This document shows positions 8,466-19,214 of a stretch of 64,000 nucleotides of DNA, piece by piece. The position numbers were made by a program, and so were the translations under genes. The notes below the pieces were generated by a model. The model did not search any database and was not told where the DNA came from. It was given only the letters and a program-made list of their open reading frames with translations. The DNA lies in IMG/VR virus record IMGVR_UViG_3300037502_002993, positions 62,001-126,000 of that record; one strand, written 5' to 3'. How positions within the stretch are numbered: position 1 is the stretch's first letter; each line of letters begins with the position of its first letter.

Positions 8466-11141
8466 CTAACTGATATTAACAAACGCCGACAGGTCAGGCG
8501 GGTTATTGAGGTGAGCTTCCAGCGCGCGCACCAAGAAGCGATACTGATACAGAGTGAGTGAGATGGGTCCTGGGTGCCAGTGAGGAATGACGTTAATGTG
8601 GATCTCATCGTACTGACGGTTACACAGGTCAAAGGGCAGTAACCACCGATAGGGTTCGCACCACTCACGCACTTGATGGTGGGAATAGTCTCCCTCAATG
8701 CCCGGCGGATAGAACCACCCCTCCCTCAGGTCATGAATGAGCTTATTGGTGAAGGGTGAGATCACCCGGTAAGGACGATCAATAAAGTTGGGGTCCTCAG
8801 GCGCGGGCTGTGGGAAATACTCCGTCAGGTAGTTCGACACCTGTCGGTTGATCTCCTCATCTTTCTCACGCGCTACGTAGTCATCGGCATAGACTTCACG
8901 GAAGTTAATGAAGGGCGTCTGAATGTAATAGGGTGCCCCATTACGTACGCCTTCCATCTGAAACGTTCCATCGTCTTCATCGAAGATCACGTCATCCGGA
9001 TGGCGATAGCGCCCATCCACGATCACCCGAAGGACTCTGTTGGAGTGAATGTCATAGTGGTGGTTATGGGACAGCACACCGTAGGTGACAAACCCCACCT
9101 CAGTTTTCGGATGGCGGGTGAGGTCCGCTTGACAAAACCCATAGCCCCGCACCATCACCTGCTGTTGGTCATCTTCATTGAGGTACTCGGTATTAAAGAT
9201 GACCACCTCAGGCCAGTTGATGATGAAATCAATGTCCTCGGCAAGTGCCCGTCCATTTAGAAACAAGTCATACTGACCATGGGGAATCTCAGCAATCTGT
9301 CGTTGAAAGTCCCCACTGGTCTGATCAAACACCTTCTCCTCAATTGAGAAACGCAGGTGTCCATCCCCTTTGATCAGGTTCAGGGCGTAAAGCACAAAGG
9401 CGTTATCTTGACGCACCACGCCCTGCTGACCTGAGGGAAGGGTCCAGACCCAACGGTGCGGGACACTGACATCATCCAGCCAACCGTACTCGTGACGGTC
9501 CTCTGCAAAGGTGATGTCCTCCCAAGGTCCAGTGGCCACCCCACCGAACATCGGCCTGACATAAAGCCGAAAGTCATACCCCGTAGCTAACTCAACTGGA
9601 TCGCGTCCAATGACGGTATTACCCCCACCCCCACGACCGGCCATCCCCTCTACCAGTTGACACCCCGCAAAACGCGGCTGATGGAGCACCCCACCGGTGT
9701 GGAGATGATACCCAAGTAACTCCCCTTCAGCGTTGTACTCAAACAGGGTACTGTTGCGCTGGTGCTCCCAGGGAAGGGAGACGTAAGGCGTGGTGGTGCC
9801 TGGCAGTGGGGCTGGGCGTTTCGGGGTATCGGCCAATACCTTACCCGCGGCATAGTACCCGTAGGCCTCTCCCACCATCTCTTGAAGAAGGACTTTCTGC
9901 TCGTTATCCTCATGGGTCATATAGCCAATGGGATAGACCTCTCGGGCCGGGAGTGACATGAACTGAATATAGGCAGACCGCTCCAGATGCTTGGCGGTCC
10001 ACACCTCCACCAGGCTATCGGTTCCTCTTAGCGCCGCCACTATGCGATGCTCTGGAAGCTTATACAGCTCTTGAAGTCGGTTGGCTTCCGGCACCAACGG
10101 ACGGTGATACCCAGAGTGGCGCAGATAGAGACGTAACACCTTCCCAGACAAACTCTCCCAACGCCCTCGATCAAACCGGTTCGGATCAACCGCATGACGG
10201 TAGTCTCCAGGGAAACTGGTAACAAAGTTGGTCAGTCGGGGTACTGGAATACTGTAGTCTTTGTGAGTGACCATTCGCAGCCAGTGGTCCTGGTTACGGT
10301 GGTAGGTCAGTCCCATAAACCGGTTTTGAACCCCGGGTTGATAGACAAACAGATCACAGTCATCTCGATACTCGATGATACCGTCCCCTTCCCCTGGGTA
10401 GTGGAGAAGGTACTTGTTCATCTCGTCGAGTTCTGACTGAAAAGTGGGGAGATCCTCAATCACGAACTCGTGCATGGCCTTAATCGACCCATCCAGCACA
10501 AACTCCACCACATCTCCGTCAGTAGCGCTCACCAGTGAGATGTTATTGACAAACCGACCATTTACGAAATAGTACGGATACCCACCGTACTCATCGACAA
10601 TGTCCCTCACTTTACGCTGGAAGGCCAACAGGGCCTGATCATTAGTGACGTGCAGTCCCCGACAAAAGAGGAAACGCTCCCCATCACTGCGCTCACTGGT
10701 CCAGTAGGCGTTGTCATAGAGCCTCAGGTAGAGGGGAGAGTCCTCCAGCTCATGTACCCGCTCATTGATCGGAACGGCAAAGAGCAGGTTCCGTGATGGG
10801 GTGATCCACAGGTAGCTATTGAAACGGGGGAACTGTATGCCCGACGCCGTGTAAAGTTCCATCAGGGTTTTATGCCCCTCGACGGTACTGTCCAGACGAT
10901 GCCACTGTCGGATATCGGTAGGTAGCCCTAAGTTCAGCGGCACGACCCGTCCGGTCTGGTAGATGTGATAACGCACTCCTTCAACAGGAAGGGGAATGCG
11001 CTCGTAGATGTCGGTGTATTGACGCTGTACGCCCCGCCGTGGGGTGAGGCGTGCCAGCTTATAGACAAACTGGCGATCCATTCCAGGATTGCACCAGATG
11101 TTGTCAATGGCGTGGCGCAGCAGGGCAGTATTCATTGTCAC
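8466..11141 (-). CDS. Virion structural protein (positional equivalent of phiKZ gp27)
   Basis: 891-aa ORF beginning LLRHAIDNIWCNP; conserved synteny. Confidence 0.7.
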   Translation of the reverse strand: MTMNTALLRHAIDNIWCNPGMDRQFVYKLARLTPRRGVQRQYTDIYERIPLPVEGVRYHIYQTGRVVPLNLGLPTDIRQWHRLDSTVEGHKTLMELYTASGIQFPRFNSYLWITPSRNLLFAVPINERVHELEDSPLYLRLYDNAYWTSERSDGERFLFCRGLHVTNDQALLAFQRKVRDIVDEYGGYPYYFVNGRFVNNISLVSATDGDVVEFVLDGSIKAMHEFVIEDLPTFQSELDEMNKYLLHYPGEGDGIIEYRDDCDLFVYQPGVQNRFMGLTYHRNQDHWLRMVTHKDYSIPVPRLTNFVTSFPGDYRHAVDPNRFDRGRWESLSGKVLRLYLRHSGYHRPLVPEANRLQELYKLPEHRIVAALRGTDSLVEVWTAKHLERSAYIQFMSLPAREVYPIGYMTHEDNEQKVLLQEMVGEAYGYYAAGKVLADTPKRPAPLPGTTTPYVSLPWEHQRNSTLFEYNAEGELLGYHLHTGGVLHQPRFAGCQLVEGMAGRGGGGNTVIGRDPVELATGYDFRLYVRPMFGGVATGPWEDITFAEDRHEYGWLDDVSVPHRWVWTLPSGQQGVVRQDNAFVLYALNLIKGDGHLRFSIEEKVFDQTSGDFQRQIAEIPHGQYDLFLNGRALAEDIDFIINWPEVVIFNTEYLNEDDQQQVMVRGYGFCQADLTRHPKTEVGFVTYGVLSHNHHYDIHSNRVLRVIVDGRYRHPDDVIFDEDDGTFQMEGVRNGAPYYIQTPFINFREVYADDYVAREKDEEINRQVSNYLTEYFPQPAPEDPNFIDRPYRVISPFTNKLIHDLREGWFYPPGIEGDYSHHQVREWCEPYRWLLPFDLCNRQYDEIHINVIPHWHPGPISLTLYQYRFLVRALEAHLNNPPDLSAFVNIS

Positions 11142-12082
11142 TCCTCGACGAGTTCAGAGGCAATCATGAATTGGATACGGTCGGTAAAGGCTTTGAGTTC
11201 GGTGGTGCGCCCTGCCCCCTCAAAGACCCGAGCAATGGCACTCTTGCGGTAGGAGCGATCCGTCCCTGCTGTAAAGCACATGGCAAGGAAGGTCGGCATA
11301 CTCTCAAGAGCGACCCCTACGTTCTCCCGTGCCATGACCCCACTCCAACTGTTCATCAACAGGGCATAAACGTCAGCGTACTTCAACGACTCTAACCGTA
11401 CACTCCCTCCGAACTTGGCAATTGCTGTTACCAGGTCAGTAATGGTCAGAGGAACGTCCTTTGCCACCAGCTCCCGTGAGAGTTCCGTCACTGCTGCATG
11501 GGGAACCCCAGTTGCTGCACTCACGTACTGAGCAAGTCGATCCAGGGGAGCATCCCCATCAAAGCGCAGGTAGTAATAAAACCCCACGATTACTGACAGG
11601 CGCAGCTGCACGTCCATCGGAAGGTTCAGTCGGCCCGATAGGGTTCCCACTATCCAGCGAATAAAGGTCTTTGCGGGGAGGGTTCCCAAACGGGTAGCCA
11701 TGACGCCCCCTTGGCTCTCCCAGTCCAGGTTCATCAGGGCCACTCGAATCACCTGAAAGTAGAAATCCCGTTCAGAGGTGACACGATACCCAGTGGGTTT
11801 TTGACGGTATGATGCGTCGGACTCCTCAGGACGTGTCATCATACGTGCATCGACCACCCAAAAGCGTTCACCTTTTTCACCGATGTCAAGCGGTTGGGTA
11901 AACGCAGGAATGTCTTCATGTCCTGGTGAACTGACCACGATCCCAGCGCCCTTAACGCGAATCCCACGGGGAGTGACCATGTCCAGCAGGGGGTGCTGAA
12001 TGCGCACACGACGAACTGCTTGGATTAGTTTCGCTTCATTGTAGTGCTTACAGACGTGCGTCTGGTAAGGGGGGATAAACAT
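11138..12082 (-). CDS. Virion structural protein (positional equivalent of phiKZ gp28)
   Basis: 314-aa ORF (MFIPPYQT...) divergent from the sheath gene; overlaps the next gene by 4 bp. Confidence 0.65.
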   Translation of the reverse strand: MFIPPYQTHVCKHYNEAKLIQAVRRVRIQHPLLDMVTPRGIRVKGAGIVVSSPGHEDIPAFTQPLDIGEKGERFWVVDARMMTRPEESDASYRQKPTGYRVTSERDFYFQVIRVALMNLDWESQGGVMATRLGTLPAKTFIRWIVGTLSGRLNLPMDVQLRLSVIVGFYYYLRFDGDAPLDRLAQYVSAATGVPHAAVTELSRELVAKDVPLTITDLVTAIAKFGGSVRLESLKYADVYALLMNSWSGVMARENVGVALESMPTFLAMCFTAGTDRSYRKSAIARVFEGAGRTTELKAFTDRIQFMIASELVEE

Positions 12083-12226
12083 CGTTCACTCCTCAATGGA
12101 ACAAGCACCGTCCCCATTAGTATGGTAAGAAATGGTGACGATATGATTGACGCCGGTGTCAGTTATTTTCATAACATCCGAAGCCACTAGGTAAAGGATG
12201 AAGCTACTCTTAACAAGGAGTAAGGT

Positions 12227-14323
12227 ATGGCCAACCTGACCAACTCCCATCCGAGATTTATCTTCGGTGGGATTAATGACCAATCGCGGGGAACGATTCC
12301 CCTTGAGGCGGAGACGTTCGCCCAACACCTGCCACTGGTGAGAATCTTTGCCCAAGATGGCCCGAGTGAGACCTTCTACATTGGTCCCAACTCAGGCTCT
12401 TTTGCCGACATCTACGGTTCTGATACCCTCAACCGCCGCAGCAAGTACTTCAACACCCAGTCCCTGCTCGTGGAGCAGCTGCTGGAACAGGGCAACGGCC
12501 TGTTCGTCAAGCGCCTGATTCCTGACGACGCTGAAGCCCCTGCCCGTCTGATCCTGGCCATGGACATTGTGGAGGATGACATCCCCCGCACCATCGGGTC
12601 GCTGGACGGCTTCGATTACCCCACTGGCGAAGCGCCCAATCCCGATGGTTATGTCGTTAACGAAAATGGCGACATCGAAACCGTTCCGGGTTACCGTGCA
12701 CGCCTGGTGCTGATCGAGGACACTGAGACCGAGGTGGGTGGTCAGTCTGTGGTTGATGGTGCTTTTGTGTCTGAGCGTGATGGGACTCAATCCACCCTCT
12801 ACCCGCTCTTCGAACTCCCCACCCGCTTTGTCGGTGAGGGTGGTCAGCTCAAGGGTATCCGTCTGTGGGCCCCCACCACCAACGATGCGATCCCGTTCGA
12901 TGAGTCGGTGGCAGAGGCGTTCAAGACCCGCGTCTATCGCATTCAGATGGTGAAACGCAGCGCTGACGGTGGCTCTCCTGTGACCGTACGGACTCGCAGT
13001 GGCGAAGAGTACGTGGATGTAACCTTCACTCCCGGTGCCTACTCCCCGTCAACCGATCGGGAATACTACATCGGTGATACCCTGATCGATGCCTATGAGG
13101 ATGACGGCATTACCACCGGCACTGCGCCGCGTTTTGCCCCGTTCTCTGATATCCACGTCTATCAGGACAATATCACTGCCATCCAGGAGATGATTTACGC
13201 CCAAGAACTGCACGCGCTGGTTAACCCAGCCGCTGCAGCCTATCTGGAAGCCGCTTCCCAGATCGATATCTTTACTGGCCGTGAAGCGGATGGGGACCAG
13301 CACGTGGCCCTCCACCTGGAAGGTCCGATGTCGGGTGGTCTGCGTCTCTCCTCTGATACCGTGCTGTATGCTTCCGGTGGATCTGACGGCACCATCAGCC
13401 TGGAAGAGTACGAGCGCTTGGTCACTCGTGAGAACGTGAACTTCGGGGAACTGGACGACCAGTACGAGAACCTCGCCATGTTCCCGTTCAGTGTCATCTA
13501 CGATACGGGCCTCTCCATGGCCGGTAAGCGTAACATGATGCGAGTCCTTGGTCGCCGTCAGGACGTACGTTGCGTCTTCACCACCTACGTGGAAGCGGAT
13601 GGTCGTGCACCGACGGCCTCTGAAGAACTGTCGCGCTGTCAAGCCCTGATGGCAGACCTGCGTGCCTTCCCGGAATCCATCCTGTATGGCACTGGGGTGT
13701 GTCGGGCTGAGATCATCCTGCAAACCGGTCGCCTGGCCAATGGCAATTACCTGAAGCCCGTACCTCAGGTGATCGACTACGCCACCCGGTGGGCAGACTT
13801 TGCCGGTGCGGCTACTGGTATCATGCGTGCTGGTCGTGATATCGACAAGGCCGGCAACAAGCGCGTGACGGCTGTGCGTGACCTCAACGTCACCTTCTTC
13901 AATACCCGGATGCAGTCCGAACTGTGGAACAATGGCGGGACCTACTCCCTGACCTATGATCGCCGCAGTCAGTACTACCCGGCCATCCAGTCGGTCTACA
14001 CGGACAAGACCAGCGTACTGGTGTCTCCGATCACCGTACACATCTGCTGTGATATCATTCGCTTGATGCGTCTGGTACATGCGGAGTTTTCCGGTGACAG
14101 CACCCTGACGGCCGGTCAGCTCATCGAGCGTTGTGAAGACATGACACAAGAGTTGGTCAATGGTCGCTATAATGATCGTGTCAATATCACCCCGGAGTTC
14201 TATTACACCGAAGGGGATATCGAACGCGGCTATTCCTGGCATGGTCGGGTTCGGGTAGAGGCCAACAACGTCCGTACGGTGATGGTCTTCGACCTCGAAA
14301 CTCAGCGCATGGGAGATAACTGA
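12227..14323 (+). CDS. Tail sheath protein (phiKZ gp29-like)
   Basis: 698 aa with AGGAG RBS. Carries P....GINDQS, QHLPL, YDTG and YPAIQSVY motifs of phiKZ-type sheaths and is coupled (TGATG) to the tube gene. Confidence 0.85.
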   Translation: MANLTNSHPRFIFGGINDQSRGTIPLEAETFAQHLPLVRIFAQDGPSETFYIGPNSGSFADIYGSDTLNRRSKYFNTQSLLVEQLLEQGNGLFVKRLIPDDAEAPARLILAMDIVEDDIPRTIGSLDGFDYPTGEAPNPDGYVVNENGDIETVPGYRARLVLIEDTETEVGGQSVVDGAFVSERDGTQSTLYPLFELPTRFVGEGGQLKGIRLWAPTTNDAIPFDESVAEAFKTRVYRIQMVKRSADGGSPVTVRTRSGEEYVDVTFTPGAYSPSTDREYYIGDTLIDAYEDDGITTGTAPRFAPFSDIHVYQDNITAIQEMIYAQELHALVNPAAAAYLEAASQIDIFTGREADGDQHVALHLEGPMSGGLRLSSDTVLYASGGSDGTISLEEYERLVTRENVNFGELDDQYENLAMFPFSVIYDTGLSMAGKRNMMRVLGRRQDVRCVFTTYVEADGRAPTASEELSRCQALMADLRAFPESILYGTGVCRAEIILQTGRLANGNYLKPVPQVIDYATRWADFAGAATGIMRAGRDIDKAGNKRVTAVRDLNVTFFNTRMQSELWNNGGTYSLTYDRRSQYYPAIQSVYTDKTSVLVSPITVHICCDIIRLMRLVHAEFSGDSTLTAGQLIERCEDMTQELVNGRYNDRVNITPEFYYTEGDIERGYSWHGRVRVEANNVRTVMVFDLETQRMGDN

Positions 14324-15186
14324 TGACTCGCTACGCCAACCCCTTCCTCGGCAACCGCGCTTTCGGGCGCGGTCAGGCTGAGAACATGATCAACCCCGCC
14401 CAGGCGGGGACGCGTCAGTTTGCTCCTGACCTGGCGAACATCGCCAGTAACACCCCTTACGTTCGGCGTAATGTCATTCCCTTCCTGATCGAAGCCCCGC
14501 GCTTCTTCCAGTACATGCCGAATGCGGACGTTCTGGTGCGTTGCCTGAAGGCCATGATCGAGGTGCACACGCGCTCCATCGACGGCCTCAACAAGCAGCT
14601 CACTGTGACCAGTGCTGAATCCCCCTGGGGTGGTAGCGGTGAACGTATTCAGACGCCCACTAACGTGGAACGGGCAGTCAGCACCCCGACCCACGGCATG
14701 TGGGAACTCCAGGGTCGTGCAATCTCCAAGTTTGTGCGTTTCTGGATTCAGTTTGGTATCGGTGACGAGAACACCAAGGTCCCGCTGGTGGTGGCTAATG
14801 GCAACATTACTGCCAGTCAGTACGATCAGACGTTCTTCGGCGCTACAGTGCTGTATGTTGAGCCTGACCCCACCATGACTGATGTGGTGGACGCCTGGCT
14901 TGTCACCAACATGTATCCCACCCAGACCGCCCCCTGGGAAGGTTCCAAGGACGCCAGTCAACTCGGTCAAACCCTGGATATCTCTCAGGAGTTTACCGGT
15001 ATCGCTGACGTCTCCATGGGGACCCATCTGTTCGCCAAACAGAAGCTCCAGGAGCTCAACCTGCTGGGTCTGAATCCGAATGAGCGCCCGCTGTGGCTTG
15101 AGCGGGTCAGTGCAGATGTTCAGGCGGCAACGAATGGTATCGACCAGCAGCTCCAAGAAGGTGCCTCCAGCCGGATCTCCTTCTGA
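14323..15186 (+). CDS. Tail tube protein (phiKZ gp30-like)
   Basis: 287 aa directly after the sheath; YVRRNVIPFLIEAPRFF motif. Confidence 0.8.
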   Translation: MTRYANPFLGNRAFGRGQAENMINPAQAGTRQFAPDLANIASNTPYVRRNVIPFLIEAPRFFQYMPNADVLVRCLKAMIEVHTRSIDGLNKQLTVTSAESPWGGSGERIQTPTNVERAVSTPTHGMWELQGRAISKFVRFWIQFGIGDENTKVPLVVANGNITASQYDQTFFGATVLYVEPDPTMTDVVDAWLVTNMYPTQTAPWEGSKDASQLGQTLDISQEFTGIADVSMGTHLFAKQKLQELNLLGLNPNERPLWLERVSADVQAATNGIDQQLQEGASSRISF

Positions 15187-15213
15187 GGGTAGCTTACCAC
15201 TAGGTAACAGACG

Positions 15214-15238
15214 GACCGCCTTTAGGGGCGGTCTTTCT
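15214..15238 (+). terminator. Intrinsic terminator after sheath-tube operon
   Basis: GACCGCC-tttagg-GGCGGTC hairpin followed by TTTCT. Confidence 0.6.
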
Positions 15239-15258
15239 GCCGTTACGAGGACGTTATC

Positions 15259-15420
15259 GTGCCACAACGAAACCCCAATCCCCCTAATGACCGATTGAAC
15301 CACAATACCAATCCTAACCAACCGCACTTTCCTACCACCACCGACCCTAAGGTGGACGCCGCACAGAACGGCATCAAATGGCAACTGGAACAAGAGGCCC
15401 GTCGGCGTTTGGTGTATTGA
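15259..15420 (+). CDS. Possible small Asn/Pro-rich protein (53 aa)
   Basis: GAGGA RBS, GTG start, TGA stop just before a bidirectional terminator. Below the ORF-track length cutoff. Confidence 0.35.
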   Translation: MPQRNPNPPNDRLNHNTNPNQPHFPTTTDPKVDAAQNGIKWQLEQEARRRLVY

Positions 15421-15443
15421 AACAAAAAAGAAAGCGACATAGC

Positions 15444-15463
15444 GCCCTCCCCGTGGGGAGGGC
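15444..15463. terminator. Bidirectional terminator hairpin
   Basis: GCCCTCCCC-gt-GGGGAGGGC with ACATA/TATGCC flanks between convergent genes. Confidence 0.6.
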
Positions 15464-15477
15464 ATATGCCGTGGGTA

Positions 15478-16083
15478 TCACGACCTCTCAGGCAGGGTGG
15501 TTTCAGGAGGGAGTTCTACATGGGTAAATACCGCAGGGGTCGTTGACACGGAGTCATGGGAAATAGGGGACTCACTCGGCGCTAACATCCACCACTTCAC
15601 CAAATCACGCACCTCTCTCTTAACACCAGCTGAAAGCGGCAGGCAGATTGAGAGACATGGGTCTTCCATATAGAACCCACTATGGCTCAGTCGACGATCT
15701 CTGACCAAGCGCTTTTGGACACCGTCCCACAGAAAGTAATAAAGCCCGTCAGTCCCCTGGAAGTGATGTCCCGTGGTGTTCAGGTCGGCTTGACCTAGGT
15801 CCTTCACCAGTAGGAAGAGATTGAGACGAAGTTCTTCTTCATTGTGTCCCACCTGAAGAACAAAGCTGCGCTTCAGTCGAGAGAGTAACACTTGGAGTAC
15901 GGTGTGATACTTGAGGGTGTTAAACAGTAGATTTTCTACCCGACGGTTTTCATTGGGGATAGCGAATGCCGTACGGGAGACGAAGTTGATACGAGGATAA
16001 CGCCAACCCTTCAGAGACAGACGTGTCATGTGAAAGAGTCCCATGATATTTAACCACAGGTTGGTCAAGGCGTGACGGAACAT
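15478..16083 (-). CDS. Hypothetical protein
   Basis: 201-aa ORF in a co-directional run. Confidence 0.55.
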   Translation of the reverse strand: MFRHALTNLWLNIMGLFHMTRLSLKGWRYPRINFVSRTAFAIPNENRRVENLLFNTLKYHTVLQVLLSRLKRSFVLQVGHNEEELRLNLFLLVKDLGQADLNTTGHHFQGTDGLYYFLWDGVQKRLVRDRRLSHSGFYMEDPCLSICLPLSAGVKREVRDLVKWWMLAPSESPISHDSVSTTPAVFTHVELPPETTLPERS

Positions 16084-16098
16084 GGCAATTTCCTTTTT

Positions 16099-17016
16099 CT
16101 ATTGAGAGACAGCAGCATCAAGCGACAGTTCAGTTGGCAAGACAGGGCGCCAGTTGGGATTGGTCATCAGCCGCATGGCGGCATTCGGGGTAATAATCTC
16201 CCGGTAGGTATACCGGCCGGTTTGATCCCCCAACACCTGAAAGCTCAAGCCGGTAGTGAAGAGAAGTGGGTTGGCTTCCAGTACTACGAGTCCATCGGGG
16301 GTACGGATCATTATTCCAAGACCCGGATCGTACCCGTGACCACTCCCCGGCAGTAGGTGGATAGCGGCTATCGGGTAGAGGTTACAGCGCCAGCGTCGAA
16401 ACATCTCCTCAGGGAGGCGCTTTAATAACGCATCGGAAAAGGGTCCGTTCCGATACGCTGTGATATGATCCTTGAAATCATAATGACACCGGTGGATAAA
16501 CTGTTTCTCCTCAGCCGGGTCCCACAGTAGGGGCTCGTCCACCTGATTCCAGTGGAGTAGGTGCGTTCGTGTTTTCAACCACTGCTGTTCTCCTTGGGGG
16601 TTGAGTTCATGACAATCCCAGGATAGGGCCGGCATAAAGTCAGGACGGAAGGTCAAGTGGAGGGTAAAGAAACTGGCACAGTGCGTCACTGAGAACAGTT
16701 CTTCAAAGAACGTGAAGAGCGTCTGATGGTAATCGGTTGGCGTGGGACGAGGGATCTTCGGCAGTAGGGTATCATAGAGCCGCTCGATGTCTCGACGCCC
16801 TACCTGAATTTTCTCGGGTAGTGACGGAACATCACATTCAATGCCATTGACAGTAACAACGCTCCCTTTCCAATCAAAGGTGATACTGAGGTTGGTTTTT
16901 GGGATATGGGCTTGGGTTAAGATGACGTCACTGAGCTTACGGGTGGAGGTAGGGAGGAGGTGTTGGAAAAGCAACGGTAAGAGGGTGGTTACGATATCGC
17001 GTTTAAGGTTTGTCAC
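16099..17016 (-). CDS. Hypothetical protein
   Basis: 305-aa ORF with AAGGAG RBS. Confidence 0.6.
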   Translation of the reverse strand: MTNLKRDIVTTLLPLLFQHLLPTSTRKLSDVILTQAHIPKTNLSITFDWKGSVVTVNGIECDVPSLPEKIQVGRRDIERLYDTLLPKIPRPTPTDYHQTLFTFFEELFSVTHCASFFTLHLTFRPDFMPALSWDCHELNPQGEQQWLKTRTHLLHWNQVDEPLLWDPAEEKQFIHRCHYDFKDHITAYRNGPFSDALLKRLPEEMFRRWRCNLYPIAAIHLLPGSGHGYDPGLGIMIRTPDGLVVLEANPLLFTTGLSFQVLGDQTGRYTYREIITPNAAMRLMTNPNWRPVLPTELSLDAAVSQ

Positions 17017-17130
17017 GTTGTTATCTCCTTAGTTCAGTTCTCAGAGGGGCTAAACCCCCTCAAACAATTACCTACGTTTATTTGCTTCATTACGGCATAA
17101 TGACCGCCCCAAGGGCGGCCACGGGGAACA

Positions 17131-17586
17131 TTAAAAGCGGAGGTATTCAGAAGGAGGATCTAGGTGATAATCCCCCAACATGCACCGTTCCGAATGCCTT
17201 GCTTGCTGGATGGTGTAACGTTTCACACTACCTTCACCATTGATGATGAGTGAGCAGTTCTTTGCGACATCATGAAGGAGTTTTCCGAAGAACACCTCAG
17301 TGGCCACAGGGTAGCGTTTGAGGGTAGGGACCACCAACACGTTGAAGACAACCTCTTCAAGGGTCTGGGCACTGATCAGCTTGAGAGTGCCTAGGTTTTT
17401 CCAGTGTTGGGGGCTGTCAGGTCCATAGGGCAGGGGGGTCCAGGTAAGTGAAGAATCATCAATACCGCGGCGGCTGATGTAGCACTCAATCCCCTCCACA
17501 CCCCGATAGTGGAGAAGGCCCTCATCATGGATCACAATGAGTTGTTTCTCCTGGGTCGCATTGGAGGGCTGTAAGTGGACATTCAT
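17131..17586 (-). CDS. Hypothetical protein
   Basis: 151-aa ORF with AAGGAA RBS and a terminator-like hairpin downstream. Confidence 0.55.
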   Translation of the reverse strand: MNVHLQPSNATQEKQLIVIHDEGLLHYRGVEGIECYISRRGIDDSSLTWTPLPYGPDSPQHWKNLGTLKLISAQTLEEVVFNVLVVPTLKRYPVATEVFFGKLLHDVAKNCSLIINGEGSVKRYTIQQARHSERCMLGDYHLDPPSEYLRF

Positions 17587-17771
17587 GGTTCGATTCCTTA
17601 TCTAACTATCACAGTCGTGCAGTGGTGAGGCCGGTTTGGTTCTGGCACTTCCCGCCTCGACAGGCATAGGAGACCTCACAGGGTTTATCGCCCTTGAAGA
17701 ACAAGAACTGTGCAATCCCCATTCCGGAATAAATCTTGAGGGGGAGCTCTGCCGATTTTCTTTTCCATGTT

Positions 17772-18350
17772 TCATACCCGCGGTGTTACCGGACCTGAGG
17801 TTTGGTTTTGGTATTTCCCATTTCTACTAGCGTATGACGTCAGGCACTCCTCACCCTGGAAGAATAACACCTGACAGGCACCTTCACCTGCGAAGAGCAT
17901 CGCGGGGAGAGGGGTTGTGTTTGCAAACTCCAAAGTGACGTAGCCTTCCCAGCCCGGTTCCAACGGCGTTGCCAGACATTCTATCCCACAGCGAGCATAG
18001 GTCGATTTCCCAAGTACTACCCCAACTGTGTCGGCTGGCATGGCGATCCTCTCAGCGCTGGCGGCCAATACAAAGGAGTTAGGTGGGATGATACAAACAT
18101 CCCCTTCGTAGTCAACAAAAATACTGTCCGAGAATTCTTTGGGGTTGATGATGGAATTGTTGACGTTAGTAAAAATTTTAAACTGGTTACCCACCCGTAG
18201 GTCGTAGCCATAGCTAGACAGTCCGTAACTGATAACACGCTCCCCACTTTCTGACACACGAACCTGAGTGTCGAAAAAGGGTGTGATGAGAGATTTCTCT
18301 CTAGACTGACAGCAGAGCGCCTTGATTTGGTGGTCAGCTAAAATAGTCAC
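17772..18350 (-). CDS. dcd: dCTP deaminase
   Basis: [42 protein letters not shown] and YQNQ motifs. Confidence 0.93.
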   Translation of the reverse strand: MTILADHQIKALCCQSREKSLITPFFDTQVRVSESGERVISYGLSSYGYDLRVGNQFKIFTNVNNSIINPKEFSDSIFVDYEGDVCIIPPNSFVLAASAERIAMPADTVGVVLGKSTYARCGIECLATPLEPGWEGYVTLEFANTTPLPAMLFAGEGACQVLFFQGEECLTSYASRNGKYQNQTSGPVTPRV

Positions 18351-18389
18351 AAATACCTTCCTTTGAGGTGGTGGTTACTACCGGTTTAT

Positions 18390-18740
18390 TTACTTGGTTA
18401 ACCTTAAAGTGCGGTTGCGTTTGATGTAACGCGCATTCGTTTTTATGCCATCTCCCCCATTAGCGCGACAGATGGACCCCACATCCAACTCCCCATCACT
18501 TACGAAATGGAAGAGGTGATAGTCAGCGCGCGGTACATGCAGAACCAGTGCCTTAGTACCGTGTTGTTTTCTGATCTCAGTGGCAAAGTCACTGGCGGTG
18601 GCGACATGGTAATCAGGAGGGTATATCGTTAACATAGGAAGGTCAATGTCGTTGTAGGTGAGCCCGATCATCACCTGAAACGACATGGTCCCTAAGGGTT
18701 CATGACGGTATTCTTCCAGTAATGCGTTCAGAGACGTCAC
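18390..18740 (-). CDS. Hypothetical protein
   Basis: 116-aa ORF overlapping the upstream stop. Confidence 0.55.
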   Translation of the reverse strand: MTSLNALLEEYRHEPLGTMSFQVMIGLTYNDIDLPMLTIYPPDYHVATASDFATEIRKQHGTKALVLHVPRADYHLFHFVSDGELDVGSICRANGGDGIKTNARYIKRNRTLRLTK

Positions 18741-19165
18741 GATGCGATCTCCTCAGAGTCCTGTAGCGGGACAGATTCCACGGCAGCCACAGGAAGGTTA
18801 GGGTAGTTCACCCCCTCAAGAATGATGGCCCCTTTCTCCCCATGGTAGAGTAACGCCAGGCCATTCTCATCATGTGCCCGCTGCCCCAATGTATTCAGGA
18901 TAAAGCGCCACTGAGTGTGGTGTTGACCTGTGGGGGTCTCCATTATCACACCAGCATGGTAGTCTTCCCCATCGTACGTTAAGAGACCCATGACCAGGCC
19001 GTCATCAAAAGGCGTAACCAACACCCCTTTGAAGTCACCCGGTACGGATAGAAGGGTACTCTCACGACCATTTAGTGTGGAGAGCACCGTACGTTGTTCA
19101 TCCTCCCGTACTGTCACTCGAAAGACCGCTTCCTGTAACGTGTACAGGAAAGAGCGCGTGGTCAT
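18737..19165 (-). CDS. Hypothetical protein
   Basis: Start moved to ATG 19165 (GGAG RBS). The longer track start lies inside the omegaRNA scaffold. Confidence 0.55.
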   Translation of the reverse strand: MTTRSFLYTLQEAVFRVTVREDEQRTVLSTLNGRESTLLSVPGDFKGVLVTPFDDGLVMGLLTYDGEDYHAGVIMETPTGQHHTQWRFILNTLGQRAHDENGLALLYHGEKGAIILEGVNYPNLPVAAVESVPLQDSEEIAS

Positions 19166-19214
19166 AAAGACAACTCCAGAAAAGAACCCCCCACATCGGC
19201 GGGGGGTTAGTTCA

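Noticed and set aside
13049-15465. Long minus-strand ORFs (397 aa and 387 aa)
   Set aside because: Antisense shadows of the sheath and tube genes with no motifs.
17772-18350. dcd plus tmk as evidence for modified or uracil-containing DNA
   Set aside because: Both are ordinary dTTP-supply genes, and no modification enzymes appear in the window.
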